DNA of 64,000 bases from contig OZ243916.1 of assembly GCA_965213675.1 (NCBI GenBank), positions 3,072,001 through 3,136,000 on the forward strand, read 5' to 3'. Shown here in pieces: positions 19,358 through 29,827 of the stretch (position 1 is the stretch's first letter; every line of letters begins with the position of its first letter). Position numbers and translations under genes: made by a program. The DNA comes from an uncultured Candidatus Binatia bacterium (lineage in GTDB: Bacteria; Desulfobacterota; Binatia; UBA9968; JAJDTQ01). The notes beneath the pieces were generated by a model. It was not told the DNA's origin, searched no databases, and saw nothing but the letters and a program-made list of their open reading frames with translations.

Positions 19358-19361
19358 CGCC

Positions 19362-20846
19362 ATGGATCCCAGTAACGTCGATAGCCTCAAGCTGTTCCAT
19401 CCGGAGCTCGTCCTGGCGGGGACCATCATCCTGCTGACGATCCTGGACCTGGTGGTGGCCAACAAGCGGCTCATGGCCTACGTGGGCCTGGCCGGATGCC
19501 TCGTCGCCCTGGTGGCCACCTTCGATCTCTACGGCATGGAGCCGCAGCTCCTGTTCCACCGCATGGTGGCGCTGGACAACTTCAGTCTGTTTTTCAAGGT
19601 GATCACCCTGGCGGCGCTGGTGGGCGCCATCTGGATGTCCATCGGCTCCGGCGAGGTGCGCCAGGTGCACCTGGGCGAGTACTACATCGTGCTGCTGACC
19701 TGCGGGTTCGGCATGTTCTTCATGGCCTCGGCCCACAACCTGTTGATGGCGTACCTAGGCCTCGAGCTGGTGAGCCTGACCTCCTATATCCTCACCGGCA
19801 TGCTGCCGCACAACCGGCGCTCGGCGGAGGCCGCGCTCAAGTACCTCATCTACGGCGGCGTCGCCTCCGGCACCATGATCTACGGCATGAGCTGGGTATT
19901 CGGCATGGCCGGCAGCCTCGATTACGCGGCCATCAACACCGCCATGACGGAGACCGGCGGAAACCAGCTCGCCCTGTTCATGGCGTTTGTCTTCATCCTG
20001 GCAGGGTTCGGCTACAAGATGGCTTTCGCGCCCTTCCACATGTGGTCCCCGGATGTGTACCAGGGGGCGCCCACGCCCTTCACCGGGTTCCTCTCGGTGG
20101 CTTCCAACGCCGCCGGCGTGGCCATTCTGATCCGCTTCTTCTACCCCGCGGTGTCCACCTTCAGTCCGGGAGGAGACTGGGCCTTTCAGGCGTTTCCCGC
20201 GCTCCAGTGGACCGACCTGCTGGTGGTTCTCAGCATCGTCACCATGACGTGGGGCAACCTTTCGGCCCTGAACCAGCGCAACGTCAAGCGCCTGCTGGCC
20301 TACTCGGGCATCGCCCACGCCGGCTACATCATGATGGGGCTGGTGGTGCTCGACGACAACGGCCTGAACGCCATGCTGTTCTACGTGGTGGTCTACCTGA
20401 TCATGAATCTGGGCGCCTTCCTGGTGGTCATGATCGTGGCCAATGCCACCGGACGCGAGGACATGGACGCCTGGCGCGGTCTGGCCTGGCGCGGCGCGGC
20501 CTTCCCGGCCGTGTGCATGATGGTGTTCCTCGCCTCCCTCACCGGACTGCCGCCCATGGCGGGTTTCATCGGCAAGCTGCTGCTCCTGGCCGCCATCATC
20601 GAGGGGCAATTCTACGTGCTGGCTGTGGTGGCCATGCTCAACACGGTCATTTCGCTCTACTACTACTGGCGCATCGTCAAGACCATGTTCCTCGACGAGC
20701 CCGCTGCCGAAGACGGCCCGGTGGCCGCCACCGCCAGCGCCATGCCGCTACTCGGCGGCCTCGCGGTGCTGACCGTCGTGTTGGGAGTGTACTGGGGGCC
20801 GCTGCTCGACTACACGAAGAGCTCGCTGAATTTCTTCATGCCATAG
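19362..20846 (+). CDS. nuoN: NADH-quinone oxidoreductase subunit N
   Basis: EAALKY, PFHMWSPDVYQGAPTP, KRLLAYSGIAHAGY motifs. Confidence 0.97.
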   Translation: MDPSNVDSLKLFHPELVLAGTIILLTILDLVVANKRLMAYVGLAGCLVALVATFDLYGMEPQLLFHRMVALDNFSLFFKVITLAALVGAIWMSIGSGEVRQVHLGEYYIVLLTCGFGMFFMASAHNLLMAYLGLELVSLTSYILTGMLPHNRRSAEAALKYLIYGGVASGTMIYGMSWVFGMAGSLDYAAINTAMTETGGNQLALFMAFVFILAGFGYKMAFAPFHMWSPDVYQGAPTPFTGFLSVASNAAGVAILIRFFYPAVSTFSPGGDWAFQAFPALQWTDLLVVLSIVTMTWGNLSALNQRNVKRLLAYSGIAHAGYIMMGLVVLDDNGLNAMLFYVVVYLIMNLGAFLVVMIVANATGREDMDAWRGLAWRGAAFPAVCMMVFLASLTGLPPMAGFIGKLLLLAAIIEGQFYVLAVVAMLNTVISLYYYWRIVKTMFLDEPAAEDGPVAATASAMPLLGGLAVLTVVLGVYWGPLLDYTKSSLNFFMP

Positions 20847-21058
20847 GTCCACTTCGGGCGGTTTCGTATCCACCGTATCGGCTTTGACCGGCGCACGCTC
20901 CCTCGCGTGTCGGTGACCGGAAACCCGTGTCGTGTCCCGTGACGTGGAGCGCCAGCGAAACGAAGGCGGAGGGCGGCCGAGGGCTGTTCCGCGAGTCGCC
21001 GGGGCGACCAAGGGAATCCGTCCCGTGGACCCCCGAGCCGACCCGGCGCGCGTCTTGT

Positions 21059-23533
21059 TCAGAACTTCAGGTTGAAGGTGAGGAAGAAGGTGCGGCCCCA
21101 GTCGGCTTCCGTGGGCCCGTCCACGCTGTTGGGGTTGGCGGTGTCCACCGCCAGCCCGGCGTCGGTGAGGTTGAATACGCCGGCCGTGATCCGCGCGCCG
21201 TCCAGCCCCAGCGGACTGGCCCATTCCAGAACCGCGTCATGCCCGGTCCAGGACTCGAAGGTGCCGGTGTCCTGCCGGTTTCTGTAGCTGGAGCGGTAAT
21301 ACGTGGTCCAGATGAAGCTCACGCCGCCACGCCGCGCCAGGAGTCCGAGGCGGGCGATGTTCTTGGGTGTCGCGAGCCGGTCCTTCTCGCCTGCGATCTG
21401 CAGGTCGGTATCGGCGACGTGCCGCCAGGTTCCGCGCAGGCCCAACACGGCCCAATCCGTTTCGAAGCCCATGCCGAGACGGGCGTTGACGCCCGACATT
21501 TCACTGTCAACGACGTTGGCGTAGCCATTGTGAATCGTCAAGTCGCCGGCGATGCGCTCAATGCAGTCCGTCGTGTCGCCGGCCATGCATTCGTCCAGGT
21601 TCCGCATGGCCCAATCGGCGCTGTTCTGTCCCGGCAGACCCGAGCGCGAAAGCCGGTACCAGTCCACGCCGAAGAGAAACGGACCCTTGCGGGCCTCGGC
21701 GCCGATGGTGAGCCTTTGGGTATCGGCGGGATCGAGATCGGGGTTGCCCTTGGTTGCACGCGTCACTTGACGCGGATTGATCTCGGGGCACGAGCGGGGC
21801 GGAGCGCCGGTCCCTGGATCGCACTGGATGTAAGGATGGTCCTGGACGGGTTCGAGGCTGTAGAGATAGAACATCGAGGGCGACGTATCACCGGCGCTCC
21901 AGGAACCGCCCAGCGTGACGATGTCGGTCAACCGGTAGCGGGCGCCAAGCCGCCAGGACCACAGTCCGCCCACGTCGTCGTATTCGTCCCTGCGCCCCGC
22001 GATCCTGAGGTCCAGGTTCTCCACCAGCGGCAGCGCCATGTCCGCAAAGACCGCGGCGGCGTCGCGTTCGCCCTTGTAGCTTGTTCCGCCGGAACCCAGC
22101 ACCTCGGAAACGCTGTACTTCTTGCCGTCATTGCCGTGGTAGACCCGGATGGCATGCGCCTTCACCCGCTCCAGCTCGAACCCCGTGGTCCACGCCACAG
22201 GGCGGCCACCGATGGAGAGCCGCGACCCCTCCAGCGCCAACCGGGCGCCCAGGTGCTCGCTGCCGAAATCATTCTCCAGGCGCACACTGCTGTTCTTGAT
22301 GGCTTGCTGATGCCGCGGGTCGTCCGAAAAAGGGTTCACCAGATCGTAGTTCCCCGCCAGGACCTCGTCCAGCAGGGTGCCTTGGTGCACAAAAGTGTTG
22401 CCGTCCACCAGACCGTCACCCCGGAAGAAGCTTATGCGCGCATCGTAGCCGAGGTCCTCGGTGATGCGGCCCTCGATGCTCGCGGAAACGTCATATTCCT
22501 CGATGTCCGTCAGCCAGTCCCGGTTGCCGTGGCCGACGAAGCGGTGGCCCACGGCGAACGAGTCGTTGTCGTCCGCCTCGAAGTCCGGCGCCGCTGCGTT
22601 GATTTCTCCCAGCAAGCGTGCGTTTGGCCGAAAGGCAAAGGAATCGACGGAAGGTGCGTAGCGGAACGCCGCTTCTCCCCGTGAGAGATTGGCATCCATG
22701 CGGAATTGAGCCTGTTCGCCCAGCGGGTGTTCCAGGTTCAGGATCGCGCTCTGCTGCTCGTAGCTTTCGCTGTTCCACATGATGTCCCCGTAGGCGAATC
22801 CGCAGCCCTCGTCGCCGGAGGTGATGCCGGGTGGATTGCTGAGCGGGCCGGTATAGCCCTTGGCGGTATCGCAGTCCCCCAGCGCGATGGATCGCAGGTC
22901 GGTGGGGGTTCCGTCGTCATCTCGCTGGTTGATCCATACGGTGTTGCCGCCGACGCTGACGTTCTTCGCTTCGTTGAACGCGCCGCCCGGCCGCCATTCC
23001 GAGCGGCTGTAGTCCCGGCTCCGCGCGGTGATCTCCTGGCGTGTGAGGGCGTCCACGCCCAGGGTCATGCGCCCCTTCCCCACCGCGCCGCCCCAGAAGA
23101 CGCTGCCCTGCCAGCCGTCGCCGCCGTCCTGACCGGGCATGCGCGAGACCCCTCGCGTCTCGAAGCCTTCGAGGTCGCTGCGCAGCACGACGTTGATCGC
23201 GCCGCGCACGGCGCTGGCGTCGAGAGTGCCGAGGGTGTCGCTGGCGAGAAGCTCGACGCGCTCCACGGCCGACAGCGGCAAGGTGTCCAGATTGCTGGAT
23301 GTGGTCGCGTAAGGCCGGCCGTTGACCAGTACGAGCAATGACTGTCCGCCGGTCAGAAAGTAGCGGGCCACGCCGGTGTCCAGATATTCCTGGAGCGTCT
23401 GGGCGCCGGAACGCTCGATGGCGTCCCGCTCCAACGTGGCGGCGACACGCGGTGCGGGCGCGAGGGCGCCGGCATGCGCGACACCTGCCGCCAGAACGGC
23501 GAATACGGCAACCGTGGCCAATAGAGTCTTCAT
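21059..23533 (-). CDS. TonB-dependent outer-membrane receptor
   Basis: Signal peptide; plug-like motifs LVLVNGR, LPLSAVERVELL, GAINVVL; GNPDLDP; C-terminal GVFNL...GRTFFLTFNLKF ending in Phe. Confidence 0.88.
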   Translation of the reverse strand: MKTLLATVAVFAVLAAGVAHAGALAPAPRVAATLERDAIERSGAQTLQEYLDTGVARYFLTGGQSLLVLVNGRPYATTSSNLDTLPLSAVERVELLASDTLGTLDASAVRGAINVVLRSDLEGFETRGVSRMPGQDGGDGWQGSVFWGGAVGKGRMTLGVDALTRQEITARSRDYSRSEWRPGGAFNEAKNVSVGGNTVWINQRDDDGTPTDLRSIALGDCDTAKGYTGPLSNPPGITSGDEGCGFAYGDIMWNSESYEQQSAILNLEHPLGEQAQFRMDANLSRGEAAFRYAPSVDSFAFRPNARLLGEINAAAPDFEADDNDSFAVGHRFVGHGNRDWLTDIEEYDVSASIEGRITEDLGYDARISFFRGDGLVDGNTFVHQGTLLDEVLAGNYDLVNPFSDDPRHQQAIKNSSVRLENDFGSEHLGARLALEGSRLSIGGRPVAWTTGFELERVKAHAIRVYHGNDGKKYSVSEVLGSGGTSYKGERDAAAVFADMALPLVENLDLRIAGRRDEYDDVGGLWSWRLGARYRLTDIVTLGGSWSAGDTSPSMFYLYSLEPVQDHPYIQCDPGTGAPPRSCPEINPRQVTRATKGNPDLDPADTQRLTIGAEARKGPFLFGVDWYRLSRSGLPGQNSADWAMRNLDECMAGDTTDCIERIAGDLTIHNGYANVVDSEMSGVNARLGMGFETDWAVLGLRGTWRHVADTDLQIAGEKDRLATPKNIARLGLLARRGGVSFIWTTYYRSSYRNRQDTGTFESWTGHDAVLEWASPLGLDGARITAGVFNLTDAGLAVDTANPNSVDGPTEADWGRTFFLTFNLKF

Positions 23534-23684
23534 TGAAACCTTCCCTCCGTTTCAACCGGCACTGGGATCCCCTGGACGGCACTGCTCCGGGACTGTATTC
23601 CCGCGACTCTCGTGGTTGTTGTCAGGAACGACCCGGGACACGACAGTAGGCGTCATTGCTACGACATAGACCTGCGACATGGAC

Positions 23685-23981
23685 CTACGACACAGAGGCT
23701 TGCAGGATGGGTTGGAGGTTGGCCGGGATCTCCACATCGCCGCTGAGCGATTCCCTGATTTCGTCCGCCAAAACATCCAGCCGGTCGCGCGCCGGCAGCC
23801 TCCGGTCCACGATCACCCACTTCTTTCCGTTGACAAGACAACCCCCGCTGCGTACCTGGTAGCCCAGGTCGCGCGAGAGCTTCTCGCACCGAACCTCGAT
23901 GCCGCACTGTTCCGCAAAGCCCCGAAGCTCACGGAATCGGTGTTCCTGAAAAGTTGCCTTCTTTGACGATGGTCTTGCCAC
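23685..23981 (-). CDS. Small hypothetical protein
   Basis: GIEVRCEKL...SGGCLVNGKKWVIVDRRLP, a pattern typical of small conserved deltaproteobacterial proteins; GTG start inferred. Confidence 0.6.
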   Translation of the reverse strand: MARPSSKKATFQEHRFRELRGFAEQCGIEVRCEKLSRDLGYQVRSGGCLVNGKKWVIVDRRLPARDRLDVLADEIRESLSGDVEIPANLQPILQASVS

Positions 23982-24121
23982 ATTAATGCATATTATCATG
24001 CCGTCGATGGGATTGTCTTGCGCGTGGCCGGGGCCGGCGGTTGAAAAAGCCCGATGCGCTGCTATCGTCGGGTCAAGCGCATCCGATGACTTTGTCCCCC
24101 CATCGCGCATGGAGCCCGGTC

Positions 24122-24925
24122 ATGGAGTTTCTCGCGGCAGCGATCCAGATGTTGGCCTCCTCCGACAAGGAGGCCAACTTGCAAGAGGCCGAGGGCTGGG
24201 TTCGCCAGGCCCACGCCCAGGGCGCGCAACTCGTGGCGCTGCCGGAGGTGTTCAACTGGCGCGGGCGCGGGAGGGACACCGCGGCCCACGCGGAGCCGGT
24301 GCCCGGCCCCACCACGGAACGGATGAGCGCGCTGGCGGCCGAGTGCGGAATCTACCTTTTGGCCGGCTCGATGCTCGAGGCCGCGGGTTCGGACGGGCGC
24401 GCCTATAACACCAGCGTGCTCATCGGCCCGGATGCGGGAATCATCGCCAGGTACCGGAAGATCCACCTGTTCGACGTCGAGATCGAAGGCGAAGCCCCCA
24501 TCCGTGAGTCCGAGTTTCGCCGCCCGGGCGAGGATGTCGTGGTGGCGGACACTCCCATGTGCCCCATGGGCCTGTCGGTCTGTTACGACCTGCGTTTCCC
24601 GGAGCTTTACCGCCGTCTGACGGGCGCCGGCGCCAAGGTCATCTTCGTGCCGTCGGTCTTCACGGTCCCCACCGGTCGGGCGCACTGGGAAACGCTGCTG
24701 CGCGCCCGCGCCATCGAGAACCAGGTCTACATCATCGCTCCCGACCAGACCGGCCGGCATCCCGCCAGCATGGCCGCCTACGGCCATTCCATGATCGTCG
24801 ATCCCTGGGGCAAGGTCATCGCCGAGGCCGGCGCCGAGCCGTGCCTCGTGCTGGCCGAAATCGATCTCGACTACCTGCGGGATGTGCGGCGGAGGCTGCC
24901 CGCGCTGGAGCACCGCAGGACATGA
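24122..24925 (+). CDS. Carbon-nitrogen hydrolase (Nit1/deaminated-glutathione amidase-like)
   Basis: E-K-C triad motifs LPEVF, YRKIHLFDV, VCYDLRFPE; HWETLLRARAIENQ; GHSMIVDPWG. Confidence 0.92.
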   Translation: MEFLAAAIQMLASSDKEANLQEAEGWVRQAHAQGAQLVALPEVFNWRGRGRDTAAHAEPVPGPTTERMSALAAECGIYLLAGSMLEAAGSDGRAYNTSVLIGPDAGIIARYRKIHLFDVEIEGEAPIRESEFRRPGEDVVVADTPMCPMGLSVCYDLRFPELYRRLTGAGAKVIFVPSVFTVPTGRAHWETLLRARAIENQVYIIAPDQTGRHPASMAAYGHSMIVDPWGKVIAEAGAEPCLVLAEIDLDYLRDVRRRLPALEHRRT

Positions 24926-24942
24926 TTCTTCCATGATCCCGC

Positions 24943-25563
24943 TTACGAGAGCGGGATCATGACGTGTTCCTTGTAGGCAGGGCGCTCGCACAGGCGCGCG
25001 TACCACGCCTCGACGTTGGACATGGGCGGCCGCTGGATGTCCATGGCGAACCAGCGGTAGGCCCAGATGCCCATCGGGATGTCGCCGATGCTGAAGGACT
25101 CGCCGGCGAGGTAGTCCTGGCCTTCGAGGTAGCGCTCCAGGATTTCCCAGATGGGTACCGCCGCGGCCACCGCCTTCTCGATGGCGGCGGAGTCGCGCTC
25201 GGCCTCGGGGGTCCGGATGAGTCCGAAGAAGATCGGCACCATGAACGCATTCACGGTGGACAGCTGCCAGTCCATCCAGCGGTTGGCGCTTCCGCGTCCT
25301 TCGGCGGTGGCGGGCAGGAGCCAACCCCCTTGGTATTTGTGGACCAGGTAGCGCACGATGCTGTTGGATTCCCACAGGACGAAGTCGCCGTCCTGCAGGG
25401 TCGGGACCACGCCGTTGGGGTTGAGGTCGAGGTAGGGGCGTTCCCGGTTCTTGCCGAACGGCCCGCCGATGTCCTCGCGTTCGAAGGGGATGTTCAACTC
25501 GCCGCAGCACCACAGCACCTTTTGCACGTTGGATGAAGTCTTTCGTCCCAGGATTTTGAGCAC
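24943..25563 (-). CDS. Glutathione S-transferase (GstB-like)
   Basis: GRKTSSNVQKVLW, NPNGVVPTL, LWESNSIVRYL motifs; GTG start after GGAGG. Confidence 0.92.
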   Translation of the reverse strand: MLKILGRKTSSNVQKVLWCCGELNIPFEREDIGGPFGKNRERPYLDLNPNGVVPTLQDGDFVLWESNSIVRYLVHKYQGGWLLPATAEGRGSANRWMDWQLSTVNAFMVPIFFGLIRTPEAERDSAAIEKAVAAAVPIWEILERYLEGQDYLAGESFSIGDIPMGIWAYRWFAMDIQRPPMSNVEAWYARLCERPAYKEHVMIPLS

Positions 25564-25675
25564 TTGGGTCACCTCCGCGAAGTATTGGACCGCGCCGGGC
25601 CGCCGCTGGAGGACGACCCCGCCGGAGCACCGCAAAAATCTACTACGAAACCCGTGAAAGCGTCCACAGAACCAC

Positions 25676-25710
25676 TTGACTGCGAGCAAATCGTGCTTAG
25701 ATTAGCGCTC
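25676..25710 (+). promoter_or_regulatory. Putative groESL promoter with a CIRCE-like half-site
   Basis: TTGACT-N16-TAGATT followed by TTAGCGCTC (CIRCE left arm is TTAGCACTC); right arm absent. Confidence 0.45.
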
Positions 25711-25747
25711 AAATCCTATCATTTCACTCTCAAGGGAGGTTCGAACT

Positions 25748-26038
25748 ATGGCGGCGAAAGTAAAGCCTTTGCACGACAGGATCATCGTCAAGAGGCTGGA
25801 CGAGGAGGAGACCACGGCCGGCGGCATCATCATCCCGGACACGGCCAAGGAAAAGCCCCAGGAGGGCATGGTGGTAGCGGTGGGCTCCGGCAAGCGCGAG
25901 GACGGCAAGGTGGTGGCCCTGGACGTCAAGGAAGGCGACAAGGTCCTGTTCGGGAAGTATTCCGGCACCGAGATCCAGTTGGACGGCGACGAGCACCTCA
26001 TCATGAGGGAAGACGACATCCTCGGGATCATCGAATAA
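25748..26038 (+). CDS. groES: Co-chaperonin GroES
   Basis: [27 protein letters not shown] motifs; GGAGG RBS. Confidence 0.98.
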   Translation: MAAKVKPLHDRIIVKRLDEEETTAGGIIIPDTAKEKPQEGMVVAVGSGKREDGKVVALDVKEGDKVLFGKYSGTEIQLDGDEHLIMREDDILGIIE

Positions 26039-27670
<1,632 letters not shown>

Positions 27671-27710
27671 ACGGCGACGGGCCGGTCTCGGGCCGCCATC
27701 ACCGATAACC

Positions 27711-27746
27711 GAAAGGGGGAGGACGCGAGTCCTCTCCCTTTTTTTC
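27711..27746 (+). terminator. Rho-independent terminator after groEL
   Basis: Hairpin aaagggggaggac-gcga-gtcctctcccttt followed by a T run. Confidence 0.8.
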
Positions 27747-27772
27747 GTTCTACACCCTGCGCGTGTGGCGGA

Positions 27773-28663
27773 TTACCCTTGGCGAGAGGCGCCAAGGGCT
27801 GCAAACATGATATCGGTGTCCGGGTCGCAGCCGAACCAGGTGCGGAAGGATGCCGCCCCCTGGTGTACCAGCATGCCGAGGCCCTCCACGGTCCGGCATC
27901 CCTTGCGTCTGGCCTCCCTCAGCAGCACGGTTTCCCGGGGCTGGTAGACGATGTCGTGGACGGTGTGGCGTGGTTCCAGCAGCGCTGGGTTGATGGGGCA
28001 CCCCTGGATGTCCGGGGCCATGCCTGCTGAAGTGCAGTTGATGATGAGGTCGGCGGCGCCACCGAAGGCGGCGAAGTCAGTCAGCGTGCCCGAGCGCAGC
28101 GCCGTGCCTTCCGCGCTGGACCGCGCGACATCCTGAGCCAGTGCGCCGGCCTTCTCCTTGCTGCGGCCCAGTATGGCGAGCTGCGGCAGCCGAAACCTCT
28201 CGTCGACCCCGCCGATACCCGCGCAACTGCCCCGGGCCAGCACAAAGGCGAGCGCCCGCGCCGCCCCGCCATTGCCAAGGATCACGACACGGCTGCCGTC
28301 GAGTTCGATTCCGGCCTCGCGGAGGTTCAACACGGCTCCGGGGGCGTCGGTGGTGGTCCCCATCAGCCGCTCGCCGTCCCGGTAGATCGTGTTGACGCTC
28401 CCGGTGAAGCGAGACTCCTCGCTCAGGCCGTCGAGGTGGGGGATGACCGCTTGCTTGTGCGGGATGGTCAGGTTGGCTCCGAGAAAACCCACACCGCGCA
28501 GGCCGGCGATGACGTCGCCCAGTGCGGCGGGGGGGCACGGGAACGGGACGTAGCAGGCGTTCAGGCCCGCGGCCTGTATGGCGGCGTTGTGCATGACCGG
28601 CGACATGGAATGCTCCACCGGCCAGCCCAGGACTCCCAAGAGCCTTGTGGTTCCGTCGATCAT
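27773..28663 (-). CDS. aroE: Shikimate dehydrogenase
   Basis: GWPVEHSMSPVMHN, GANLTIPHK, GSVNT, GNGGAARA, INCTSAGM, GLGMLVHQGA motifs. Confidence 0.93.
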   Translation of the reverse strand: MIDGTTRLLGVLGWPVEHSMSPVMHNAAIQAAGLNACYVPFPCPPAALGDVIAGLRGVGFLGANLTIPHKQAVIPHLDGLSEESRFTGSVNTIYRDGERLMGTTTDAPGAVLNLREAGIELDGSRVVILGNGGAARALAFVLARGSCAGIGGVDERFRLPQLAILGRSKEKAGALAQDVARSSAEGTALRSGTLTDFAAFGGAADLIINCTSAGMAPDIQGCPINPALLEPRHTVHDIVYQPRETVLLREARRKGCRTVEGLGMLVHQGAASFRTWFGCDPDTDIMFAALGASRQG

Positions 28664-28727
28664 GGTTCGAGTCCGATCCACACCGCGTTGCCCTCGTTCC
28701 AGGAGCCTGTGGGATCCGGTTCGGCCT

Positions 28728-28863
28728 CCTTCGACTCCACTGCGCCATGCTCAGGACGAACGGGAAGAGCAACGGCGGCATGCCGCAAGGGCAAACGGAA
28801 CATGGTTCGTCGTGAGCCCTTCGACACGCTCAAGACAGACTCGCGCCGCCAAGTTGAACCATG
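28728..28863. repeat. REP-like repeat, CCTTCGAC...CTCAGGACGAACGG family (paired copies)
   Basis: ccttcgac...gctcaggacgaacgg and the inverted gttcgtcgtgagcccttcgac; related copies at ~39033 and 43211-43328. Confidence 0.65.
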
Positions 28864-28889
28864 TCCAGCAACGGCAAACGCCGGCGTGA

Positions 28890-29720
28890 TCATCGTACCC
28901 CTTCATGGCCCGTGGAAGTTTGCGCGGTGTTTTCGGCCGGCAACCCGAACAGCCTGCGCGCGTTGCGGCTGACCACGCCGGCGATCTCGTCCACGCCGAC
29001 ATCCCGAACCTGCGCCAGAGTCTCGGCGACGAAACGGACGTAGGCGGGCTCGTTGCGCCGCCCGCGCTTGGGAACCGGAGCCAGGAACGGCGCGTCGGTT
29101 TCGATGAGCAGACGGTCCGCCGGAACCTGCCGGGCAACGTCCCGAAGCCCCTCGGCGTTCTTGAAGGTGACGATGCCCGAGAACGACAGGTAGAAGCCAA
29201 GGTCGAGGAACGTGCGCGCGGCCGCGGCGTCGCTACTGAAGCAGTGGATCACCCCGTGAAGCGCCCCGCCGCCCCGGCTCCGAATCGTCTCCGCCACCTC
29301 GCGGTCCGACTCCCGGTTGTGCACCACGATGGGCAGCCCGGTTTCCACCGCCAGGGCCGCGAAGCGTTCGAACATGTCGCGCTGAACCTGCCGGGGCGAA
29401 TGGTCGTAGTGGAAGTCGAGGCCGGTCTCCCCGATGGCCACCACCTTCGGGTGTCGCGCCAGGTCGCGCAAGCGCGCCATGTCCGCCGCGCCCACGTCCT
29501 TGGCGTCGTGGGGGTGCATGCCCACGGTGGCATAGACCCCCGCGTGCTCGTCCGCCAGCCGCACCGCCTTCTCGTTGGTGGAAAGGTCTCCCGCGCCCCC
29601 CACCACGATCAGGGTGCCGACGCCCGCCTCCGCGGCACGCTCCAGCACCGCGTCCCGGTCCTCGTCGAACTCCTCGGTCTGGATGTGGCAGTGGGTGTCG
29701 ATGAGATGCGGAAGGGCCAT
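28890..29720 (-). CDS. tatD: TatD-family DNase
   Basis: IDTHCH, GMHPHDA, AIGETGLDFH, GVIHCF, LIETDAPFLAP, RNEP motifs. Confidence 0.95.
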   Translation of the reverse strand: MALPHLIDTHCHIQTEEFDEDRDAVLERAAEAGVGTLIVVGGAGDLSTNEKAVRLADEHAGVYATVGMHPHDAKDVGAADMARLRDLARHPKVVAIGETGLDFHYDHSPRQVQRDMFERFAALAVETGLPIVVHNRESDREVAETIRSRGGGALHGVIHCFSSDAAAARTFLDLGFYLSFSGIVTFKNAEGLRDVARQVPADRLLIETDAPFLAPVPKRGRRNEPAYVRFVAETLAQVRDVGVDEIAGVVSRNARRLFGLPAENTAQTSTGHEGVR

Positions 29721-29827
29721 GTTCACCGCGTTCACCCCGTCACTCCGCCGGCCGTTGAAAAATGCCGGCAACTCCCGCCAACACTATTTCCGTCAACGTC
29801 GTTCCCGCGAAAGCCTGCCCCCGACCC

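Noticed and set aside
23659-23696. Three ~12-13-bp repeats (ctacgacataga / ctgcgacatgga / ctacgacacaga)
   Set aside because: Short degenerate slippage repeat at a gene end; no evidence of function
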